A stretch of DNA of 29,470 bases from a virus (IMGVR_UViG_3300037461_000489:1-29470); one strand, 5' to 3'. Positions 18,398-25,893 are shown, counted from the stretch's first letter. Translations and numbers: made by a program. Notes: generated by a model not told the origin, from the letters alone.

Positions 18398-18595
18398 ATG
18401 ACAGAGCCTGCATCCTGGCCGCTACCCGAGTACGCCAAACTCTGCGGTGTCTCACATGGCCGCATCCGCCAAATGCTCATGCGCCACCAGCTCAACGGCA
18501 CGAAACAGACTGAGCCGCTGCCTTGGCTCGTCCACAACGACGCCAAGTCCCAGCGCTACCTCAAAATCCGCCAGCTTCGTCAAGAGCGCGACTAG
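18398..18595 (+). CDS. MerR-like/HTH_17 DNA-binding protein (excisionase or small repressor)
   Basis: LPEYAKLCGVSHGRIRQML..LNGTK...WLV winged HTH; GAAAGGGGGG RBS; convergent with int across attP. Confidence 0.75.
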   Translation: MTEPASWPLPEYAKLCGVSHGRIRQMLMRHQLNGTKQTEPLPWLVHNDAKSQRYLKIRQLRQERD

Positions 18596-18596
18596 T

Positions 18597-18638
18597 AAAA
18601 AAAACGGGGGGCTATCGGCCCGCAAGCTCTCGCCCCCC
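18597..18638 (-). terminator. Rho-independent terminator downstream of attP/tRNA fragment
   Basis: GGGGGGC...GCCCCCC stem followed by GTTTTTTTT on the minus strand. Confidence 0.8.
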
Positions 18639-18686
18639 TCACGAACCTTAACAGGCGAATAGGTCTCTCGACCCATGCCCGTTACA

Positions 18687-18737
18687 TGGCGAGGATGCGA
18701 TTTGAACGCATAACCAAGGGCTTATGAGTCCCCTGCT
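18687..18737 (-). other. attP core: 3' two-thirds of a tRNA(CAT), probably elongator Met
   Basis: AGCAGGGGA-CTCATAA-GCCCTTGGTT-ATGCG-TTCAAAT-CGCAT-CCTCGCC-A gives anticodon arm, perfect T arm and acceptor 3' strand; 5' acceptor strand and D arm are absent; ~120 bp from the int stop. Confidence 0.88.
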
Positions 18738-18854
18738 TTTGGGGCTTCCCTTTTCCCGGCTCTCGCGCCTCCACCAATTGGGTTCCCGCTTCCCCCGATC
18801 GCGCGTCTGCCGGTTTCTCAGCGCCCCAAAAATGAGCAAGGGATTCCCTATCCC

Positions 18855-19769
18855 TTACTTCTTCTCCCGCTTCGGGCTGTACCGCTCATACAGCTCAGCC
18901 AGCTCCTCCCTCCCGAACACCGCGTAAATCCTCGCCGTCGTCTCGACGCTCTCGTGTCCCATCAAATCCGCCACCACCTTTAAGCCCGCGCCATTTCGCG
19001 TCAACTCCCGCGCGAACCTGTGCCGAAAACTGTGCGGGTTGCACCGGCCCTCCACCCCCGCCCGCTTCGCCAATCGCTTGATAACCTGGTTCAACCCATT
19101 CTCCGTCAGCCGGTCTCCCGTCAGTTGGCTCGTGAACACATACGGGCTGTCCTCCTCCCGCTCGTCCAGCCACGCCTGCACCGCTTCCCGCCCATCGTTC
19201 CGGAGGAACACCGCCCGCGTCTTCTGCCCCTTCTCCGTCACGTAGCAGCGGCCCGTCCGGGTATCCACGTTCTCCACCAACAACGTCACCACACCCTCCC
19301 GCCGGCACCCCGTGTTCTCCAGGAACAACACGAGCGCGTAGTCCCGCAGATCGTCCCGCGCCGCCTCCAGAATCGCCGTCACGTCCTCCTCGCTGATAGC
19401 CTTCGGCGTCGCGTTCTTCGGCAACTTCGGTGGCTTCACCGGTGCCATCGGGTTCTCGTCGATCAACCCCATCTCCGCCGCCCATCCGAACAGCTCCCGC
19501 GCCGCCCTTACGTGCGCGTGCAGCGTGTGGATACACGGCCCCCGGCTGTTCACCGGTTCTCTCGTGGGATGATCCTCGTAGCGGCTCGTCTGTGCAAACA
19601 GACCCGCCCGCCACTGATACAGGTCCATCGTCGTGATAGACCCGATGTCCCGCTCCCCGAATGTCCGGGTCAGCGGTTTCAACCTGGCGCGATACCACCC
19701 GAGCGTCGACTCCGCGACCTCGCCGGTGCGCGCCTGCACAAACAGACACACAGCCTCGTCCAGCGTCAT
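18855..19769 (-). CDS. int: Tyrosine recombinase/integrase (304 aa)
   Basis: GGAGG RBS before ATG 19769; catalytic R (TGCRRE), K (EKGQK), HSFRH, MGH, Y (TARIY). Confidence 0.95.
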   Translation of the reverse strand: MTLDEAVCLFVQARTGEVAESTLGWYRARLKPLTRTFGERDIGSITTMDLYQWRAGLFAQTSRYEDHPTREPVNSRGPCIHTLHAHVRAARELFGWAAEMGLIDENPMAPVKPPKLPKNATPKAISEEDVTAILEAARDDLRDYALVLFLENTGCRREGVVTLLVENVDTRTGRCYVTEKGQKTRAVFLRNDGREAVQAWLDEREEDSPYVFTSQLTGDRLTENGLNQVIKRLAKRAGVEGRCNPHSFRHRFARELTRNGAGLKVVADLMGHESVETTARIYAVFGREELAELYERYSPKREKK

Positions 19770-19881
19770 GCAGTCCCTCCGTTCTGCGTATAGGCAACCG
19801 GTAGAGGATACCGCCGGACGTTCGTTCTGGCGAATTCCTGCCGGGGATGATCGAATCGCGGCGTCGTCCCCGGCTTCCCCT

Positions 19882-19890
19882 AGCATACCA
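19882..19890 (-). promoter_or_regulatory. Extended -10 (TGgTATGCT), possible int promoter
   Basis: About 110 bp upstream of int; leader contains a CCGGGGA(T/C)GA hairpin at 19841-19873. Confidence 0.4.
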
Positions 19891-19914
19891 CGGTTTCACC
19901 GTGAGGAGGTTTCC

Positions 19915-20112
19915 ATGAAGCGCTTCCGCCAACTGCGTCTCGATGGTTCCGATGTCGATGCCCTGACGCTCGCCGCCCAACAGGGCGATGTCCAGCAAGG
20001 CGCCCTTCCGGGTATCAACCAGCGCCCGCCGCGCGTGCGCCTGTCCGCTGTGGATCCGCGCCAGTCCCATCTGCCTAGCCTACCCGTCGAGGATCGCCAT
20101 GCCCCAGCCTAA
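19915..20112 (+). CDS. Hypothetical protein (65 aa)
   Basis: GAGGAGG RBS and ATG 19915; first gene of the early operon. Confidence 0.7.
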   Translation: MKRFRQLRLDGSDVDALTLAAQQGDVQQGALPGINQRPPRVRLSAVDPRQSHLPSLPVEDRHAPA

Positions 20113-20626
20113 CCAGATCGCCGATCTCGTCTCCCTGGCCCGTGTATCCCAGGGCCTTACCATCGCCGAGCTGTCCGCATCCCTCGGCTACCATCCATCC
20201 ACCCTCCAGGCCGTGCAGCGTCTCGACAAGTGGCGCCGCTATCCCAAGGCGCTCGCCGCCGTCGCCGCCTGGCTTTCTGTCCCTGTCGCCGATCTGGAGC
20301 GCATAGCGACGCAGCCATCGTCCCTCGCCTCCATACCGAGAATCTCGAGCGCCATTCGCAAACGCCGCCTTGTCCGAGGCGTAGCCGTCAGCGCATCGCA
20401 AGACTATCCTGTCCCTACCCTAGGAGGGGTTATCACCGCGCCCCGCGTCACCCCCAGCAAGTTCAGCCAGACCTGCACTTGCTCCTGCCGCGCTGAATGT
20501 CTGCGCCTGGCCACTCGCGATGACTTCGTACTCTGCGAGCGCATGATCGAGGCCGAGCGCTTACCTGCATCTCTTCTCACCTCCTTGGGCTATTCGGAGA
20601 ACATCTATGACCGACTCCACCTCTGA
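20099..20626 (+). CDS. XRE-family HTH protein with Cys-rich C-terminus
   Basis: LARVSQGLTIAELSASLGYHPSTLQAV HTH; CTCSCRAEC...LCE. Confidence 0.72.
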   Translation: MPQPNQIADLVSLARVSQGLTIAELSASLGYHPSTLQAVQRLDKWRRYPKALAAVAAWLSVPVADLERIATQPSSLASIPRISSAIRKRRLVRGVAVSASQDYPVPTLGGVITAPRVTPSKFSQTCTCSCRAECLRLATRDDFVLCERMIEAERLPASLLTSLGYSENIYDRLHL

Positions 20627-21491
20627 CCTCTGGAGCGCCTGCCTGAGCTGGCTACAGACCAGCATGGCCAGCGCCGCCTTCTACGACAACCTTGCCGGGT
20701 CGACCGCCCGCATGGAAGACGACACCATGCGTATCAGAGTCTCGACGGCGCTTGCGGCCGAGCGCTGCGACGCCCGCCTCCGCCCCGTCATCGAGCGCAA
20801 CCTAGCGCGCCTTGGCTATACCGGCCCGATCGCCTTCGACCCACCATCGCCTCCAGAGATCGCGCCGGCCCCCGCCCCCATGCCCGAAGCCGATCACGAG
20901 ATCAGCGTCACCCTCGTCGCTCCCGATCTCTCCCGAATCGGCTGGGTCCCCACATCTGGCTACGAGCTGCGTTTTTGGCTCCCCTACCTGGGACGTGGCC
21001 CCTTCTGCGCCTGGCAGCTCCTCCGCGCATTTGCCTACTCCGCCCACCGCAACGGCGGAGATTGGCCCTCGCTCGATACTCTCGCTGCGATTCTCGATAC
21101 CGACCGGCGCCAACTCACAGGCCGGCCAGACCGCGCCGGGTGGCTCCCCCGGCTGCGGGATGAGCAGATCATCGATTGGTCCAGCGCCACCAGCCGCCGT
21201 TACGAGTACACAGTCTTGGAGTCGCTGCCGCTTCTCACCCCCGCGCAAGCGTCCGATCTCCGCCCTCACCTGACTCAGTTTCACCGTCACTGGCTAGAAA
21301 GCGCCGAGGTGGACCTGCTCACGTGGAGCCGCTTGACGGTCCGCACGTTGTGCGTGACCCGGACAAATGTCCGGGTCAGACCCGGACAAATGTCCCTCCC
21401 GGACAAATGTCCCTCCCGGACAAATGTCCGAGTCAGACCCGGACAAATGTCCGAGTCAGACCCGGACAAATGTCCGAGTAAGACATACTAG
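20607..21491 (+). CDS. Replication initiator: DnaA N-terminal-like domain plus winged helix
   Basis: LWSACLSWLQ..SAAFYDNL (DnaA domain I), Pro linker, RFWLPYLG..WPSLDTLAAIL wHTH; iterons in its 3' end. Confidence 0.78.
   Translation: MTDSTSDLWSACLSWLQTSMASAAFYDNLAGSTARMEDDTMRIRVSTALAAERCDARLRPVIERNLARLGYTGPIAFDPPSPPEIAPAPAPMPEADHEISVTLVAPDLSRIGWVPTSGYELRFWLPYLGRGPFCAWQLLRAFAYSAHRNGGDWPSLDTLAAILDTDRRQLTGRPDRAGWLPRLRDEQIIDWSSATSRRYEYTVLESLPLLTPAQASDLRPHLTQFHRHWLESAEVDLLTWSRLTVRTLCVTRTNVRVRPGQMSLPDKCPSRTNVRVRPGQMSESDPDKCPSKTY
21358..21475 (+). repeat. Six iterons CCCGGACAAATGTCC (putative replication origin)
   Basis: Copies start at 21358, 21381, 21398, 21415, 21438 and 21461 (spacing 23,17,17,23,23); palindromic core GGACA-AA-TGTCC; AT-rich tract follows at ~21479-21530. 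Confidence 0.88.
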
Positions 21492-21513
21492 AATAGATAA
21501 GAAAGGACATATC

Positions 21514-21762
21514 ATGACATCAGTATCTTCTCCCAAACTCCCTAGCGCCGTCGCAAACAGCGCCCCTCCAGCCGCGCAAGATCACCTCATCTGCATCCGT
21601 CTCTGGGGCCTCCCCGATGACCTGCGCCGCTTCTCCTCCCTGCTCTCCCACGTCCCCGGCGTCACTATCGAAGGTCAGTCTGCGCTCTATCGAGATCCCC
21701 ACACACCACGCGCCAAACAGTACATTGACCTGACGCTGGAGGCCTGCCATGATTCGCATTGA
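21514..21762 (+). CDS. Small hypothetical protein (DUF3970-like pattern)
   Basis: GAAAGGA RBS; ICIRLWG..S.LY.D.....QYIDL pattern. Confidence 0.6.
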   Translation: MTSVSSPKLPSAVANSAPPAAQDHLICIRLWGLPDDLRRFSSLLSHVPGVTIEGQSALYRDPHTPRAKQYIDLTLEACHDSH

Positions 21763-22039
21763 GACTACCCTAGATGGCTCCCACTCCATCGGTATTTGGG
21801 ACGACGCCGAGCACTGCTGGCGCTCCGTTCCCATCACCAGCGCCCAACTCCGTTGCCTGGCCCACGCCATACTCGACTCCGAGTCCGCGACACCTGCGCC
21901 ACGTGCCCCACTCTCTCTGCGCGTCCGCGCCTGGCTCTGGTACGTCTGGCAGCGTATCGCCCATCCGCGCACGTGCTATCGTCCTGACACCCGCGTCGGC
22001 CTGACGGCCAAGGGGGAGGAGGTCATCCGTGTTCCCTAA
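21749..22039 (+). CDS. Hypothetical protein (96 aa)
   Basis: GGAGG RBS; overlaps both neighbours. Confidence 0.65.
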   Translation: MIRIETTLDGSHSIGIWDDAEHCWRSVPITSAQLRCLAHAILDSESATPAPRAPLSLRVRAWLWYVWQRIAHPRTCYRPDTRVGLTAKGEEVIRVP

Positions 22040-22367
22040 CGCGCGCTATCTGGCCTACATCACCGACCCGACCCGCGCCGCCGTCTACGAGCCGATCTTT
22101 GGCGGGCGCTACGTCCCCGTCATTTCCGATGTCCCGCACCTCGTCGTCATCACGTCCCTGCGCGCCGCAATCTTCGCGTACCGCATCGACCTGTCTGCGA
22201 TTGACGATGATCAGCGCGCTCGTCTGGTGGCGCATCTCGCCGCACGCCACCACGAAGATCCTGACGCGGTCAATGCTGTCATCGACGCTGAGGGCATCGC
22301 GATCGCCGCGCAAGACTGCCTCGCCATCCCCGCCGATCTGTACGAGAAAGCGGGAGGCGCCGTATGA
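22029..22367 (+). CDS. Hypothetical protein (112 aa)
   Basis: GGAGGAGG RBS and GTG; globular composition. Confidence 0.75.
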   Translation: MFPNARYLAYITDPTRAAVYEPIFGGRYVPVISDVPHLVVITSLRAAIFAYRIDLSAIDDDQRARLVAHLAARHHEDPDAVNAVIDAEGIAIAAQDCLAIPADLYEKAGGAV

Positions 22368-22510
22368 CGCTCACTCTTATGCTCGTCTGTGCGGTGCCGC
22401 TTGTGGTAGCCTGGCTCTGGTCTGCTTGCGTGATCTCTGCCCGCGCCGAGCATTCTGATTCTCTCTGGAGGGATGGACATGATCAGCCTCGGTATCGATA
22501 TCGGCTATAA
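22364..22510 (+). CDS. Small single-TM protein (48 aa), not in the ORF track
   Basis: GGGAGG RBS, ATGA overlap; MTLTLMLVCAVPLVVAWLWSACVISARAE..., TAA at 22508-22510. Confidence 0.6.
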   Translation: MTLTLMLVCAVPLVVAWLWSACVISARAEHSDSLWRDGHDQPRYRYRL

Positions 22511-23462
22511 CGCCGTCAAAGCCTGTGGGGATCGCGGTAAGCTCTGCGCGTTCCCCTCCGTCGTCGGTTCTCCGGAGCAGGCTCGCTTTAGCCTGTCCCC
22601 TGAGGGATCCGGCATTGTGCTCTCCCAGCCGGTGAATATCGCCGTTGGCGATGCCGCCATTTCCCAATCGCGCTGGCTGCGTCGCCGTGAGGATCGCTCC
22701 TGGATCGGCTCCGATGAGTGGCGCGCGCTCTGGTTAGCCGCCGTCTCCGAGCTGGTCGCCGGATCCGCCGAAGCCGTCGCGGTGCTGGGTCTCCCCCTCG
22801 CCTACTACAGCGACAAAGCCGCCGTCCGCGATAGCATCACTGGCGATTCCCGCTTTCAGCGCGAAGGCCGCCGCGCACAGACCGTCAAGATCGTCGAGGC
22901 CCGCGTCGTCCCGCAACCATTCGGCGCCGTCCTCAATCTTGCTCTGGATAGCAACGGCGCCATATCCGACCCGGACCTAGCGAAAGCCCGCTTGGGCGTC
23001 ATCGACGTCGGTGGCCACACCACCAACCTACTCTCCGTCGACCGCCTGTCCGAAGTCGCCTACCAGTCCGCCTCCGTCAGTGTCGGCGGCTGGGATGCCG
23101 TCCGCGCCCTGCGTACCGTTCTGGATGACCAGGCGCCCGGGCTGTCACTGCGCGACCCCGACATAGCCGCCGCCCTCGTCGCTCGCGGCGTCCACGTCTA
23201 CGGCCGCTGGCTCGACCTCTCCAAGCAGATCGACCGCATCGTCGAACCGATGGCCGCAACCGTCATCGGCCAAGCCTCTCAGCTCTGGAACGGCGCCGCC
23301 AACCTCCAGCGCGTCATCGTTGCCGGTGGGGGAGCGCTCCTCCTCGGCGACTATCTCACGCGCCACTTCCCCCACGCCGCCGTTATCCCCGATCCTGTGC
23401 AAGCCAACGCGCGCGGCTTCTGGAAACTGGCCCGCCGTGTCGCGTCTGCCACTAGCGCTTAG
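22479..23462 (+). CDS. parM: Actin-like ATPase, ParM/StbA family
   Basis: GIDIGYNAVK, VVPQPFGA, VIDVGGHTTN, VAGGGA, ANARGF; GGAGG 7 nt before ATG 22479. Confidence 0.92.
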   Translation: MISLGIDIGYNAVKACGDRGKLCAFPSVVGSPEQARFSLSPEGSGIVLSQPVNIAVGDAAISQSRWLRRREDRSWIGSDEWRALWLAAVSELVAGSAEAVAVLGLPLAYYSDKAAVRDSITGDSRFQREGRRAQTVKIVEARVVPQPFGAVLNLALDSNGAISDPDLAKARLGVIDVGGHTTNLLSVDRLSEVAYQSASVSVGGWDAVRALRTVLDDQAPGLSLRDPDIAAALVARGVHVYGRWLDLSKQIDRIVEPMAATVIGQASQLWNGAANLQRVIVAGGGALLLGDYLTRHFPHAAVIPDPVQANARGFWKLARRVASATSA

Positions 23463-23474
23463 GAGTGTCTGGAT

Positions 23475-23759
23475 ATGCAGCCGCGTGTCGTCCTCAGCGT
23501 CCAATTCGATCCCGCACTGCCAGATCACGCTGCTGTCCTGCGCTGGCTCGAGCAGCAAGAAAACAAGTCCGTCGCCATTCGCGAGGCGCTGGTGCGGCAT
23601 ATTCGCGGGGGGCTGACGCTGGGGGATATCTACGACGAGCTGCGGCGACTGCGTATCGATGTCGCTGCCGGCCATGTCCTGCTGCGCTCCGAAGCAGAAC
23701 CATCTGTGACCAATGAGGATGAGGATTTGAAACGGGCGCTAGATTCGCTTGGGATGTAG
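23475..23759 (+). CDS. ParR-like ribbon-helix-helix adaptor
   Basis: Beta strand VVLSVQF, helices AAVLRWLE and NKSVAIREAL, acidic C-terminal amphipathic helix; AGGAG RBS; directly after parM. Confidence 0.78.
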   Translation: MQPRVVLSVQFDPALPDHAAVLRWLEQQENKSVAIREALVRHIRGGLTLGDIYDELRRLRIDVAAGHVLLRSEAEPSVTNEDEDLKRALDSLGM

Positions 23760-23768
23760 TGTCCGGGT

Positions 23769-23802
23769 CCGGAGAGGAGCGCTCGCCCACGCTCCCCTCC
23801 GG
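23769..23802. terminator. GC-rich hairpin after parM-parR
   Basis: CCGGAG-A-GGAGCG / CGCTCC-C-CTCCGG; no U-tail. Confidence 0.55.
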
Positions 23803-23841
23803 GCCACAGGAGACAGACTCACTATACCACAGGAGACACAT

Positions 23842-24204
23842 ATGCAAACGCTCAAAGCTCTGACCGCCTTTCTACTGGCCCTGGCCATCTGCGCCGGGAT
23901 CGCGTGGATCGCCATCGAGGGACGCAATGCCCTCGCCGCGATTCAGGATATCGTCACAGACTACGGGCGCGCTCGCGCCGAGCAAACCCGCGCCGAAGGC
24001 GAGGCCTCCGTCATGGAGTCCGCCGCCCACAGCGTCCGCGTCAACGCCGAGCTGGTGCGCTGGCAGGCTATCCGGGGGGATGTCCTGGCCGTGATCACGG
24101 TTCTCTGCTCCTCTGCCGTGCTGGGCGTTTCCGTTGGCGTCGGCGCCGTTCTGGCTCGCTGGTTGCGCGACGCCACCTCGGAGGTGAAACGTGTTCAGGA
24201 GTAA
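23842..24204 (+). CDS. Two-TM membrane protein with central coiled coil (120 aa)
   Basis: AGGAG RBS and ATG 23842; hydrophobic N- and C-terminal segments. Confidence 0.72.
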   Translation: MQTLKALTAFLLALAICAGIAWIAIEGRNALAAIQDIVTDYGRARAEQTRAEGEASVMESAAHSVRVNAELVRWQAIRGDVLAVITVLCSSAVLGVSVGVGAVLARWLRDATSEVKRVQE

Positions 24205-24817
24205 CCAGATCGCCCGCGCCATTCCGGCGTCGGTGCCAGCTCGCGACACACACACACGTGCCGACCAGCTCACCAGCGACCATGCCCGTAACTGGCTCTA
24301 CGTCGGATTGGTTCGTAGCTGCATCACATCCTGCGCCGTGGTGCTGGTCTCCATCCAGGCCGGTTGGGTCGCCTGGCAACCGGGATGGATCGTCGTTATC
24401 CTGATCGCCACCCTTACCGGTGGCCTTGACACCTGGGCGGATCGTCTCGCGCAGTACACCGAAGAGGCGCGCGACGCGCTCTTTGGGGCCGTGGCCGCCG
24501 ACGTCGACTCCGCGCCCGCGCCCCAACCGGCCCGCGTGCGTCCTGGATCCGCTCGCTCCGGTACCCAGGTGCGCTGCCCCGACAATGCCTGGCGCCCCCT
24601 CTCGGTCGATCTCACGCAGGCCGAACAACGCGCCGTCGCCGCGTCCCTCCTCGACCGCCATGACGCCAGCGTCCGCTCCCTCACCGCTATCGTCGGAGAT
24701 CGAGCCAGCCACCTACGTGATGATCTGATCCGCCTGGGCATTTGCGCCCAGCCCGCGCGAGCGAACCGTGCCGCGCCGCTCACTGCGCCTGGACGTCAGG
24801 CGGTGCAACGATGGTAA
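24191..24817 (+). CDS. Two-TM protein with probable C-terminal winged-helix domain
   Basis: GGAGGTG RBS and GTG; SVRSLTAIV..RASHLRDDLIRLGI...LTAPGR pattern. Confidence 0.6.
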   Translation: MFRSNQIARAIPASVPARDTHTRADQLTSDHARNWLYVGLVRSCITSCAVVLVSIQAGWVAWQPGWIVVILIATLTGGLDTWADRLAQYTEEARDALFGAVAADVDSAPAPQPARVRPGSARSGTQVRCPDNAWRPLSVDLTQAEQRAVAASLLDRHDASVRSLTAIVGDRASHLRDDLIRLGICAQPARANRAAPLTAPGRQAVQRW

Positions 24818-24956
24818 GTTGTTTTGATACCTCCGTCAGCTGGTCGACCACGCAGCGACAGCCCAAAATGTGTGTGTCGTGTGTGTCGTGCACACCGTCG
24901 ATCGCTTCAATCAATCCCTCTCAGAGTGGGGGGGGGCTTAACACGAGGAGAGTCTC

Positions 24957-25397
24957 ATGTCCACGCCACTAGCTACTGTGTTTGCGCTTAGCTTATCTGC
25001 CGATGCTACCATCGCGGAAATACTAGACCGCATCCGCGTTGCCGTGTCCACTATCGATGCCGATATCGCGTGCCGCCTCGAATCGCAGGCCTCCATCGCG
25101 GACGCGGGCATGTATCCCTCGGTGCCCTCCGAACAATGGCAAGACCGCAACGGCGCCGGGCGCTATCTCTATATGCTCTTCCGGCAGGATGGCAATGGCG
25201 GCTACCTCGGCCCGGATGGCCAGCGGAAGCTCTACATTGGAACCAAACCCGCCGCCGTCGCCGACGCTCGCCGTCTGGCTACCAACCGCTCCCAGTGGGA
25301 GGCCCTGGAGCACGAGCTGCGTTATCTCCGCGTCCAACGTAACCGTATCGAGTCCAACCTCCGGGCCATTGTCAACCAGCTCCAGCGAGGATACTGA
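24957..25397 (+). CDS. Hypothetical coiled-coil protein with beta-hairpin core (GRYLYMLF..RKLYIG)
   Basis: GAGGAG RBS; possible nucleic-acid binding. Confidence 0.72.
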   Translation: MSTPLATVFALSLSADATIAEILDRIRVAVSTIDADIACRLESQASIADAGMYPSVPSEQWQDRNGAGRYLYMLFRQDGNGGYLGPDGQRKLYIGTKPAAVADARRLATNRSQWEALEHELRYLRVQRNRIESNLRAIVNQLQRGY

Positions 25398-25398
25398 G

Positions 25399-25872
25399 AT
25401 GACCGACGACGAGTTTACCGACCTTGTCTATCGCGTGCGCAATGCACAGCGGCGCTACTTCCGCGACAAGACCCGCGCCGCGCTGGATGCCGCGCGCGCC
25501 CTCGAGCGTCAGCTCGACACGGAGATCTTAGCCCGCGCCGTCGCCCCCCGGCAGTCTGCGCTCCCTCTCGGCTCTCTTGCTCCGGGTACCGCCGAGCGCC
25601 AGATATCACAATCGCCGTGGATCGATGCTGCCATCCGCTGCCCCGACGACCTGTCCCCCGTCCTCGCCGTCGTCCGCCCATCCTTCGATACCTACGGCTA
25701 TCCCTGGCTAGCCATAGCCTGGCACGATGCATCCGGGCGCTGGTTCACTCACCTCGGCCCTGTCTCCGGTATCGTCCTCAGCTGGCGTCCGCTGCCCGAA
25801 ATCCCCCCCGCCCTCTTCCGCTGGTACAAACACACCGAGTCGGACGAGACCCTCGTCCCCTCTGGCGAGTGA
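25399..25872 (+). CDS. Phage protein with C-terminal DUF551-like domain
   Basis: GAGG RBS; PWIDAAIRCP..VLA...VLSWRPLPE; N-terminal RNAQRRYF..RALERQLD helix pair. Confidence 0.72.
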   Translation: MTDDEFTDLVYRVRNAQRRYFRDKTRAALDAARALERQLDTEILARAVAPRQSALPLGSLAPGTAERQISQSPWIDAAIRCPDDLSPVLAVVRPSFDTYGYPWLAIAWHDASGRWFTHLGPVSGIVLSWRPLPEIPPALFRWYKHTESDETLVPSGE

Positions 25873-25893
25873 GCAGTCCCTGCGCCTCGCCAT

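Noticed and set aside
18597-18686. tRNA-associated theta/HDV-like ribozyme
   Set aside because: Only two simple hairpins are visible; I could not build the nested pseudoknot
18687-18760. Complete tRNA gene
   Set aside because: No 5' acceptor strand (GGCGAGG) or D arm upstream; it is an att fragment
18895-20070. 391-aa minus-strand ORF overlapping int
   Set aside because: Alternate frame of the integrase; Gly/Arg-rich with no motifs
21358-21475. CRISPR array
   Set aside because: Repeats are 15 bp, separated by only 2 or 8 bp of near-identical sequence, inside a rep gene, with no cas genes; iterons fit better
24483-24498. Extra matches to the TTGGGGCCGTGGC motif here and at 18069-18081 and 8720-8730
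   Set aside because: All lie inside coding sequence (FGAVA or IGAA codons); likely chance in GC-rich DNA
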